Source: Mizuhopecten yessoensis (lineage: Eukaryota). From it: 62,048 nucleotides of DNA. The stretch's first letter is position 1. Each line of letters begins with the position of its first letter. Positions 15,001-26,297 of the stretch are shown here, in pieces. The notes beneath the pieces are model-generated. The model made no database searches. It had not been told where the DNA came from and saw nothing but the letters and a program-made list of their open reading frames with translations. The position numbers were made by a program, and so were the translations under genes. The stretch is from assembly GCF_002113885.1 (NCBI RefSeq), contig NW_018408008.1, positions 56,731 through 118,778 of the forward strand, read 5' to 3'.

Positions 15001-15229
15001 TAACATATACCTATATGTTGACGTTGTAGAAGAATATTCAGTAATGATAACCCCTTGACGGTGGTCTCAACGAAGACCTGAAGACTGATTCTCTACAAGA
15101 AGAGTTTCCTGATTATTTCATAATGAAGTAGTTTAGGCTGTTACATTGACCAAGTAGACGGAACCTCTAAACTCTGAACCCTTTTGTATATATTATACAT
15201 GGTGTATTGTGATCCACACTCTGATTTTG

Positions 15230-15700
15230 AAGATGGATACTCTACAATCTGAGCCGCTGTGTGTATTTCATGCACCGGCTATTGTGGTCTTCACGATGAC
15301 CTTGTTGACAGATACTCTATAATTTTAACCCTGTGTGTATTGTATACATCGCTTATTGTGATCTACACGATGACCCATTAGACGGATACTCTACAATATG
15401 AGTTTCTTTTCGTATCCTTTACACTGGTTAGTTTGATTAACACGTTGACATTATTGACGGATACGCTACAATCTGAGCCCTTGTGTGTATTGTATACACC
15501 GGTTATTGTGATCTACACGGCGACTTTGTGGACGGATACTTTACAATTTGAGCCCTTGTGTGCATTTTGTACACCGGTTTTTGTGATCTACACAATGACC
15601 CAGTAGACGAATACTCTACAATCTGACTGATTATTTGTATCCATTACCGGTTAGTTTGGTCGACATGATGACCCAGTAGACGGATTTTTTACAATCTCTG
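15230..15700. repeat. ~75-bp tandem repeat (gacggatactctacaatctgagccc...), ~6-7 units
   Basis: Anchors at ~15232, 15307, 15381, 15457, 15531, 15606 and 15679. Degenerate paralog at ~34990-35410. Confidence 0.8.
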
Positions 15701-16978
15701 ATCAATTGACTTTATTTTGAAAACCTGTTGTCATACAGGTTCCATATATACACACATACTTCTTTTCTATATTCATGTTAAACACATACCAGGAAGTAAG
15801 ACAACAACTGATGAAATGTTGGTGAACTATGTTAATCATGTATGACTTCCGTAACATTAACAAATTAACGTGGTAAGGTAGGAAACTATACCTTTCCTGG
15901 TACGATCGAGAAGTAAAACGCCGGAAAGTTGAAGATTGCAGCGCTATTTACTGCACCATCTGACCCGGTGACAATTATGAAGGAAACATGATTTAAATGT
16001 CAAAGGCGCTACTCTCTACTGACTAGAGAAATTGAGCACCGCACGTATTGTATGCGACATATGTGTCCTTTTTACTCTATTACTTTTGCCGAGTGACAGG
16101 TAAATATCATTTTCATGCGGTTTAAAATAAAACTTTGTTCTTCTTTGATGTCTCATTTGTTTTCAGATGTATTTGAATCATGACAAATATCGCAATATTT
16201 ATTGATACTTGAATGAGTGTGATTTCTGCGGCTACTACTTCTGCCATACAGTGAGTATCAATAGTTTGAAATTGACATGACTGTTCCTTGTATTATTCAA
16301 ACAGTTTGATTGAAAATACCCGATATCAGTTTCCGACTGGAAAACATTCACGTGAAATGGTTATTGCTGTTTTTGGATTTAACAATAAGTTTGGTAAGTA
16401 ACTTAATCCAAGGGCATACAAAGTAAATATAAATATAAACACATACTGCATTTCTCATCTTGAACTCTTGGAAGTATTTTCTACACGCAGAACGTCATAA
16501 TATCATGATACACTGGTAGACAAAACCTTCATGCTAACCTTGTTGACAAAAACAAAGTCAATCGCTGGTGTCTCTTATACATGAAATGTATGTCAGATGA
16601 ACAGTGAACACTCTACCCATACAGTCAAAATTCCATTACTGATACTGCACATGAAGCCGGAGACAATATTACTAATGCAACACTGTTGAATATTTTATCT
16701 TATTTTGAAAACCTGTTCTCACGAAGGTTCTATTAATACGCCCGCATTACTTCCAGCAAACCTTCCACACAAAGTCCGCGCACCAGTATGATTTAACAAT
16801 CGATCTGGCCGTTGTGCGATAAAACTCACACGTATGTGTGATATGGTTGAGTTAAGGCTCGAGTAAGAATATGGTACATCGTATACGTAATTGAGTCTGG
16901 ACTGGTACTTCTTTAACTTTTTTCTAATTACTCAATGCATGTTACAGTCTTGCAATGACTGTTAAACTGTCAAAAATA

Positions 16979-18254
16979 CACTGCCCTCCAAAAGTTCTGT
17001 TACATATTTAAAATTTTGCTGATAAATTATCTTTGACAAAACTATTGGAAAAAAATAATTCTTTAAATGTTTTTTTCTATTAATGAAAAGGGATTTGCCA
17101 TCATTGATTATCCAAATTGAATCACAAAAAGGGTTTTGTCAAACAATTCTGTTATTCACATTTTACAGAAATCTATCAGATGTTTGAGAATTGTTAGATT
17201 TACTTAAATGTACTCGGTATTTAATTTTAATTTTATTTAAAATGACAAAATACATCACTATTCACCATTCATTGATTATTTGTTATCTCTTGTATATTTG
17301 TACTATTCAATCACTTTGCAAATACTCATGAGAAGAAATGCAGCGAATGACAAGAGAAGAACGATTCCAGCGTGTTTTTTACCATCGCAATGGTGTTGCT
17401 GCCGCCCAAACTACAAGAATTATTGGAACCAACGGGTAAGTGAATGTTGGTTTCATCGCGGATTTTGGTGCATTTGCATACTTTTCTTATCCAGAACCTG
17501 TCTACTGTTTTACGTTTCTCTTTTGTTGCAGACAGAACGTGTACAGGGCCATTAAACGGTTCCAAGATACCGGGAACTATGAGGATCGAGAACGTTCTGG
17601 CCGGCCACGAATTTCTACCCCTGGGGATGATAGATTATTGGTCCGGACCAGCCTCAGAAATCGCAAGGATACCGTTCCTGAGCTTCGAAAGGAGTGGATC
17701 CAAAATGGTTTGGTTTAGAGTCGAATACCGCAGTGAGGAGACGATTATACAATGCGGGATTGAAAGGTTGTGTTGCTGTCAAAAAAAACTGTTGACTGCT
17801 ACCAATCGTCGGAAAAGATTGACATTTGCACAGAACCATGCAAATTGGAAATTGGTGGAATGGTCGACTGTTTTATGGACTGAGGAGCCTAGGTTCACCA
17901 ATTTACAAACAGATGGCAGGACGTGTGTGAGAAGAAGGGCAAATGAACAAGTGTGGCAAAATTGTGTAGTGCCTACAGTTAAGTTTGGTGGTGGCGGTGT
18001 GACAGTTTGGGGTGTACTGTTCTACCGAGGGATTGGATACCTCAATCTTTTGAAAGGAAATCTGAACGGAACCAAATACATAGACATTTTAGAAAACAGC
18101 GGTACCATCAGCACATCTGCTAGGCTATGGACACAACTATTTCTTCCAGGATGACGGAGCCCCAGGCCACCGGGCACGAATAGTGAACGAATGGAAGGAG
18201 GACAATAGTCTTCTGTCTTTTGATTGGCCCCCACAGTCCCTCGACTTGAACCCC
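16979..18254 (+). mobile_element. Second copy of the same Tc1 insertion, 3'-truncated
   Basis: Same 5' TIR and same left flank (gttaaactgtcaaaaata). ORFs 17440-18154 give SGRPRISTPGDDRLL and WTEEPRF. The copy ends at gaacccc. Confidence 0.92.
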
Positions 18255-19796
18255 TCAATTAGTTGTAGTTGATACATTGTAGTTAAGACCTGAATATTTA
18301 CCTTGTAGGCGGATACTCTACAATCAAAGTTCCCTGGTGTATTGTATTCAGAGAAGTTAAGACCTAACTATTGACATGGTGGGCAGACAATCTACTATCA
18401 GAGCTTTCTGGTGTTTTCCACACAGAGGAAGAAACATGTCTACACGATAACGTTGTTAGGTTCAGAGTTTGATAATTATCGTTAGACAGGTAAACGAGGT
18501 ATATTTTCAGTAGTCAATTACTCTATTTTAAAAGAAAACTGTCATACCCTCTTGTAAATGCCGGATACCTGGGCGGATATTCGTCGATCAGAGCTCCCTC
18601 TGGTGGTGTATACGTATAATATTACTTATGTAACATTGATGAATATTTTTTTTTCTTTTAGAAAACTCTTCTCGCGAAGGTTCTATTAATACGCCCAACA
18701 CTACTTTTAGCGATTTCTGTATAATCCATGTAACATAATATCAAAATCGTGACAAGTCGGTAAACTGAATATGACTGAAGTAACATTAACAAAAGAAGGC
18801 GTTCTAAACAGGATTGTTTCCCGACATTTAAGTCTGAAATTAAACATGGGTTTGCTGTGTACGAACCAGACACCAGCCCATACTCGACATTTGCTTGCGC
18901 TGGTTAAAGGAAAAAGAGATAAGTACAGGTGTGTGATACCACAACGCACCCACATTACCGTGCGCACACCTCGAATACATCATGCGCAAACCTTCCACAC
19001 AAAGTTCCCGCAACTGTATGATTTAACAATCGATCTCGCCGTTGTGCGATAAAACGCAAACGTATGTGTTATATGGTTGATTTAAGGCTCAATGAAGGAC
19101 ATGGTACATCGTATACGTATTTAAGTCTGGACTGGTATCTTTTCACTTTTTTTTTCTAATTCTTCATTGCATGTTACAAAGTATGGCAATGCCTGTAAAG
19201 CTGTCCAAAAATGGAGGTGCTGTCAGGTAAACTACTATTTTACTATTTTACTATTACACGTACGTTATAATAAATCGATGGCGTTGATCGCCTAGTATAG
19301 CTAATCGATGCTTTGAAAGGTATCAAGATACACCTTACTTTGCATGGGCAAATTTTGTCTGCAACACTTTGTGTGGAAAACTAAAACCTCCTTCACGGTT
19401 GACTAGTGATACGAATAAATTGTACCCGAAACAGGTTGATGGTAACAGGTAAGGCTGCTTTGGTTACATTTTATTTGCACGTACCGTGTCAATTAAGATC
19501 GTTTCAAAATATTAGTTTGTAGATAATGTGTCCATAACTGCTACATGATAAATATTTTGATAACCATCTTATTCTGGCTGATATTTGATAACATTCTTTT
19601 ATCACGTAAGATATAAGCTTAATCACAAAATTGTACTAATTGTGTGTCTCTCAGCAACACATATGCATCACTTGCTACCCCGCTGAAGTGGTGATGATTT
19701 TTAACAATAACCTGAATTTCCCCTCTTCGGCCCAACCCCTGTGTCCTAAGGGGACACTTCCTCTATTCATGTACAATTGATTCATCATTGCTAAAT

Positions 19797-20722
19797 GACT
19801 ATCTACATTTTAAAGTGTGAATCCCTCACCCTACCTGGTAAGTCTGACCTCCCTCTCTGCCTTGTAAAGTATGAACCGTTCAACCTACTTGGTAAGTCTG
19901 AACATCCCTCTCGACCTTGTAAAGTGTGAACCCTTCACCTACCTGGTAATTCTGAACATCCCTCTCTACATTGCTACCTGTGGATCCCTCACCCTACTTG
20001 GTGAGTCTGGACATCACTCTCTACCTTGGAAAGTGTGAACCCCTCATCCTTCTTGATAAGTTTGAATATCCCTCTCTACATTGAAAAGTGGGAACCCCTC
20101 ACCCTACCTGGTAAATTTGACCTCCCTCTCTACCTTGTAAAGTGTGAACCCTTCATCCTACCTGGTAAGTCTGAACATCCCTCTCTACATTGCAAAGTGT
20201 GAACACCTCATTATACCTGGTAAGTCTGAACACTCTCTACATTGTAAAGTATGAACCCCTCACCCTACCTGGTGAGTCTGAACATCTCTATCTACATTGT
20301 AAAGTGTGAACCCCCACCCTACCTGATGAGTCTGACCTCCCTCTCTACCTTGTAAAGTGTGAACACCTCACCCTACCTGGTAAGTCTGACCTCCCTCTCG
20401 ACCTTGTTAATTGTGAACCCCTAATCCTACCTGGTGATTCTGACCTCCCTCTCTACATTGTAAAGTGTGAATCCTTCACCCTACCTGGTAATTCTGACCC
20501 CCTCTCTACATTGTAAAGTGTGAATCCTTCACCCTACCTGGTAAGTCTGACCTCCCTCTCTACCTTGTAAAGTGTGAACACCTCACCCTACCTGGTAAGT
20601 CTGACCTCCCTCTCGAACTTGTAAAGTGTGAATTCATCACCCTATCTGGTAATTCTGACCTCCCTCTCTACATTGTAACGTGTGAATCATCCACCCTACC
20701 TGGTAAGTCAGAACCTCTCTCT
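19797..20722. repeat. Paralogous ~54-bp minisatellite, ~17 units
   Basis: Same unit, with anchors at 19831, 19885 and 19939. Confidence 0.9.
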
Positions 20723-21748
20723 CTATTTTGATGTTTAACACTTTACTTACTTTTACGTTTCCATAAACAATCGCTGGCGATTGTATTGTAACATTCTCAA
20801 CTGATTAAGTTACATATTTTGATAGCACTTATGCTTGAAAGACTTTAATTTTTAGATTTTTATCGGTTCTTAAATCAATTAGTCAAAATATGCTCTATGA
20901 TATACACAACGGCAACTGTCATCCTTTTGTTCACGAGTAAAGTTTCAAATAACGTTTCGAATTAGCATTCCGTGTTCGTCGTACCAATGGGTATTTAAAG
21001 CTAGGGTATCAATAGTTCGTTGTCCTTCATCAGTGAAGAACCATTTGGTTTTATGCCAAAGAGAACAGATGTCACTTCGTGTACTATTCTAGAATATATC
21101 ACGCTTGGTGCGATTTAATAATATTATAGAAGAAATATGTGCTGTATGATGCAAAAAAATCCGTTTCACGAGCCAGTATACGTAGATGAAGGAGATACAT
21201 ATTAAAAGGGAGTCAAATTAATCTAACTTTGGGGTTTCTTAGAATAAGATTTGTTTCTAAGGAACGAAGATATGCATCAGAACATGATGGTATTTGTACT
21301 ATGAATAGGTGGCTTCAAATCGAAATAGGTTTACATTTTCCTTGTACAAGCAGACAGTACACAATAATTCAATTTTACTCTTTTTTCTGCTAAAATACCG
21401 TAACCTCTTAATATTTGCTCTTTGTGACTTTATATACAATTTATATATGTTAAAGCGTGTGTAGCATTTCCCCAGTAACCGTATATGTGATCTATGTTAT
21501 AGAACTCTTAATCATTGAAGTTATAGGACAAATAGGGAGATTCGTGACAATATTGACTAGTTCATCATCCTTGATTTTAAACCAAAATTCAAAAACTAGG
21601 TTGAAAGTAAATATTTAGAAAGGACACAAAAAAAGCTCATTACATTATCCCTGAAAGTCAAACCATTTACCTAAGCATAATCAGAGCATGACTATAGTTT
21701 GTCTTCAGGAGACAATTAAATGCAAATGTGTAATAGATGTAATCCTAC

Positions 21749-21813
21749 CTTCTTAGATGGTGATGAACCTCCCGTCGCCATTGTTAAACCTAAGATCGAT
21801 CCGGCTAAATGTC
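21749..21813 (-). CDS. Start exon of an unidentified minus-strand gene (MATGGSSPSKK..., ATG at 21781)
   Basis: cttttatcttacag|GAC...ACAATGGCG...AAGAAG|gtagg, with a strong Kozak context and a phase-0 donor. No downstream exons were recognised in the window. Confidence 0.55.
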
Positions 21814-22024
21814 CTGTAAGATAAAAGATACAACTTCTTTTTTGTATGGATATATTCAAAATTCAAAAACTAGGTTGAAAGTAAATATTTAGAAATGCCA
21901 CAAAGGAAACGCGCATTACATTATTCCTGAAAGTCAAACCATATACCTAAGCATAATCAGAGCATGACTATAGTTTGTCTTCAAGAGACAAGTACATGCA
22001 AATATGTAATAGATGTTATCCTAC

Positions 22025-22089
22025 CTTCTTAGATGGTGATGAACCTCTGGTTGTCATTGTTAAACCTAAGATCGATCCGGCTAAATTTC
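22025..22089 (-). CDS. Tandem duplicate start exon (MTTRGSSPSKK, ATG at 22057)
   Basis: 276-bp tandem duplicate of 21583-21858 with both splice sites intact. Confidence 0.45.
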
Positions 22090-22680
22090 CTGTAAGATAA
22101 ACGATACAACTTCTTTTAGTATGGATATATTGCTGAATACGAGGTAACACAAATTGAAAAAAAAAAATGAAGTAAAATATGACACAGATGCAGTTAGATT
22201 TTATCTAGAGAATATATGCGGTGTGGATTTTGTTTTTCACGGAAGACATGGCAGGTACATTATTAAAACAGTGATGCCTAACGTAGGTAGGTTAGTATAG
22301 CATCTGCTTAATTGACTAGGTTTCTTAAAATAACAGGAGGTTAATTGCATATTACAATTACGGATTAAGGATCAAATTAAGTAAAAGATGTATACTGCAT
22401 TCTGTGAATTTATGAGAACAGGCAAAACAGATATTGATGCTGACGTTTTCAAGAAGACACATATTATAAAAAGGCCAATACTGAACAATATAGTGGTTGT
22501 AAAAGTGAAAAATTATACAACGAATCTGTGCATATTTGAAACTATTAAAAGGAATGATGACAACATTTCAAAAAGGACATTTGATTCATTGTTCAAAATG
22601 CTCAACTTTGCAATTGGTGGTATATGAATTAATCGGGAAACGCACAATTGAACGAATTTCAGGTTTTTGATTTAGCTCAC

Positions 22681-22945
22681 CTTGTATTTTGGATCTAACA
22701 GAGGGACAGATGCGTAAGACTCCTAAATTGATGAATTCCGAAACAGTACTCTTACGGAAAAAGCAGAAACTAAACCATTAAACAGCAGGTAAAATTGACA
22801 GTTTTAATGATACACTCACATCGCTATAAATGTGAATTAATATTTAACGTTTTAATAACATTTTGTGTTAAGAAAAAATAATAAAACACACTTAAAGCAG
22901 AAATAAGCTTTTCGGTATTTTGTTGCGTTTTCTCGCGAGAGTGAA
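22681..22945 (-). promoter_or_regulatory. Putative first (non-coding) exon and promoter with TCTCGCGAGA palindrome
   Basis: Donor CAAG|gtgagc at 22681/22680. TCTCGCGAGA at 22931-22940 is a known metazoan promoter motif (bound by BANP in vertebrates). Confidence 0.4.
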
Positions 22946-25900
22946 GGGCATTGAGCTATGTCTTTGCTAGGAGGAAATGATTAAATCAGAATACAATTAG
23001 TCACATTAGTATCAGGAAATTAGTCTCTGTTAATCTGGAATCCATGTGACAGAGGGAACGTTATACGAAGAAGATGTAGGTATTGTTAACGCATTATAAA
23101 CTGGTGACATAATTATACATGTTTATCGTGTAAATAACATATATAGAGTGCCGTGGTATGATCCAGTGCAGGAACGATGGAAAACAGAGTAGATGACTTA
23201 TGTACAGTTGTGGGATCGCACAACGTTACATGATGTACTGTGTGCGCACGATGTGTGCATGGTGTGTGAACGATGTGTGCACGAGTGCGAACCATAAAAA
23301 ATGGACGATCATTGCTTGCGCACATTTGTGCGGACGATCGACATATGTTGTGCGATAACACTCGTGGTTGGTGTAAAATGAGGAATGACTGAATAATACA
23401 TACGATTTCGTGTTTAAACATATAACACTTGATTTTTTAGTTTGTTTCTACATTCTTTCTACATCTATAAACTTATCTTTCCGTCTATACTTTCTTAAAT
23501 TTAGAAATGGTGTTTTCGGTCTTTTTTAAACAACGTTCATCAACAAATGAAAAATTACAACACAGTCTCGGCAACACAGGTAAATATAGCCAGTCTGTAC
23601 CTGGACCGTAGTTTTCCACTGCCGGGGCACTTACGTAACTCGCCCAGGTGTGAAAACTAGGTGAAAGAGAGTTATAGACCAAAATAATGCAAATAGCAAA
23701 TACTAAACGTCCAGTTGTGTTTTCATAATGGTCACACTGTATCAAATAGCAGCGCTTTGTGTCAGGCACAGGCCAGGTTAAACTCCGGTCACTCATCAAG
23801 TTGTTATTTACCTGTTCTGTTACCTAAGAGCCAAACTAATTCTTGACAGTCTAACGGTCACTGTAATACTGTGTTACACGCATTGTTTAATTGTACAAAA
23901 TCTTAATTATTGTGTTGATAAATTACAGTAATATATACAGTATACATTATTGCATACGAGTCATTCCGTAATATTGATTGTTAAATCGCTCAGTTGTGTG
24001 CACCACGTGTAGACGATGTGCGGACTGTGTGTCAACGATGTATGCACGGTGTGCGCACTGTATTTTTGATGCGCTTTGTGGTCACAGAACTGTAGAGTAC
24101 CGCGGTGTGATACAGGGAACGAGATAATTAAATCAAACTCGGGTTTTTAGTACACATACAAGATGGTAAATGACAATATATGTGCGTGCGCTTGCTGCCC
24201 CGGTGTCATAGTATGACAGACCGGAGTGCAGTATTATCTTTTAATAATTTGACCGGAGCTATATTATATATTTATATAAAACTTGTATTAAACAGGGTTA
24301 ACAGTTCTATTCAAGGTATCAGAAAATAGGATGATCAAGATACTTACAATACATGTTCATGCCTCATTATTTCCATGTACTTTTTTTCAAATTTGATATA
24401 TTATTGTAATTAGGTAACAATTTAAATAATCATGATCAAATATATTTACCGCCATTGACTTGTGATTATTAGAACTGAATGGTTTTAATTGCGGAAAGAC
24501 AGGCTATTGCCGTTTTGCTATTGCTAGTAATGGTCTGCCTTAATAGATAAGTGATCAGTCCCTTATGAAATGACTTCAAAATAAAAAATGATAGGTTGCA
24601 ATGAAAAAAACCACCATATCATAGTACTTCTTAAGGCGCATACCTGAATAATAGACAGTGACCGTGTAGACACATTTCTTCACACTCAGAGATCCGTAAT
24701 GTCTATATAAACATATAGCTGTATTCTATATGTTGACTAGGTAAAACTTGTAGTCAATGGTGCCATTTAAAACAGATAGTTAAGGTCTGCACACTGACCT
24801 ATGTTTTCACGACAATCTTAGCACCGCATTGTTTTTCACCAAAAATAGCTATAAAGATCTCCTCCAACATGTCACTTAAAAACAACGGTGTAAACACTGC
24901 CATTATAGCTAAACGACTAACATTCAAATGCTCTAGTGAATATGATATCATGTTTAAATCGACTTTTAAAGCCAGTTTTCAATAGTTCTTCAATTAAAAA
25001 CGCTCTTATACTTAATGCAAAACAAAACTAATATAAACACGTACCACAATACGGAATCCTGACAGCTTAATCATCCCTTTCAAACATATACAAAATACGT
25101 ATTATTAACAAGAGATGGTCTTACTTAATTATGATTCGCTATAATCATAATGCGGTATTGCTATTCTCAAACGTAGCCGTAGGAATCTCTTCCAATATGT
25201 CATCAAACATAACGGTGCAAACATTGTCGCTAAGGCAATAATACGGGCATTTTAATGCTCTAGAATAAACAAGCAATGATGCACTCACATGACAAAACAT
25301 TTAAATTGACTTTTAAAAAATAGTTTTGGGATAATACAGAAATTAACATATAATCGTAGGTGGTCGAAAAGGAAAGTTATACGAGGGAGTGATCTATAGA
25401 AAATTAGGCTGTAAGCTACAGAAAACTTCGTTTTTACATGTTGTATATATAAATTAAAATTGTCTAGTATGGCTGTTATCAAATGACGAGGACATATATT
25501 GAAAAAGGCGTGGTTTAAGAGGGCTATTACGACCACCATCCACCGCTATTCCCTTTATCCCATTCAGTTGTCCAAGTAGCCTTTTTGAGGTAAAATAATT
25601 ATTTCTGCGGAAATGTATATACAGTTTTTAAGTACATATTCAGAGCCAAGTTTTACTTCTTTTTGCCATTTTTGCACATCTCTTTATTGACTAAAATATG
25701 TTTGCTTAACAATACAAGATATCTTAATTTAAATAAAGATCGATCTTGCTCCTGGGCGATTTAAACGTTCGATATGATGTACATATGCATACATATTTTT
25801 TTGTTTTGTTTGCTGCGGTTTTTTTATCGCCTCTTTATCGGGAGGATTTCACTGCCAACTCAACTACTCTCAATTTCCAAGATTCATATCGAATGTATTA

Positions 25901-26134
25901 ACAAATATAAATATAAAGTGAACAATACAATTTGATTATTCATGGATATTATAACGAGTAAAAAGGTCGTTTGCAATAGTTTACGCGTATTAATCGGATT
26001 AAAAATGAAAACATTATACAAAACATCGGGAAAATTGTGTTTTGAATATAATTGTTATCCAAATATAGCTCATTTAAGTGGACTTATAAAGTGTAAAAGA
26101 AAGAACATTAGTCTAAGATGCAGCTTATGTAATG

Positions 26135-26297
26135 GTCCCCTCGTTGTCAACACTGCATGGTACTAAGTGTGGTTTAGGGTGAGAAATGTAGTCGGTGGCC
26201 GGGTAGGTGAACCCATACCTGTACACGTACGATCGGGGAATCAAATCACGGTCGACTTTATGAAAGGCGAGTGCGTTATTCACTTCGCCACCTGACC
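26135..26297 (-). mobile_element. Paralogous tRNA-derived SINE 5' region
   Basis: Homologous to 8920-9080. Confidence 0.5.

Larger units (their letters stand above)
1..16440 (+). repeat. Segmental duplication, copy A (with an inner duplication 170-4260 vs 5010-6340)
   Basis: Collinear homology to copy B: 16-790~16469-16978, 4297-5645~18255-19200, 6200-6860~19650-20720, 6895-9590~24090-26800, 11420-12530~27700-29150, 13600-13970~32900-33250, 15230-15795~35100-35510. Confidence 0.8.
21583..22130. repeat. Two-copy 276-bp tandem duplication containing the start exon
   Basis: aaaattcaaaaactaggttgaaag occurs at 21584 and 21859. Confidence 0.9.

Noticed and set aside
20940-21330. Coding-looking stretch downstream of the duplicated start exons
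   Set aside because: Stops occurred in the frames I read, there are no convincing splice sites, and I cannot assign a family.
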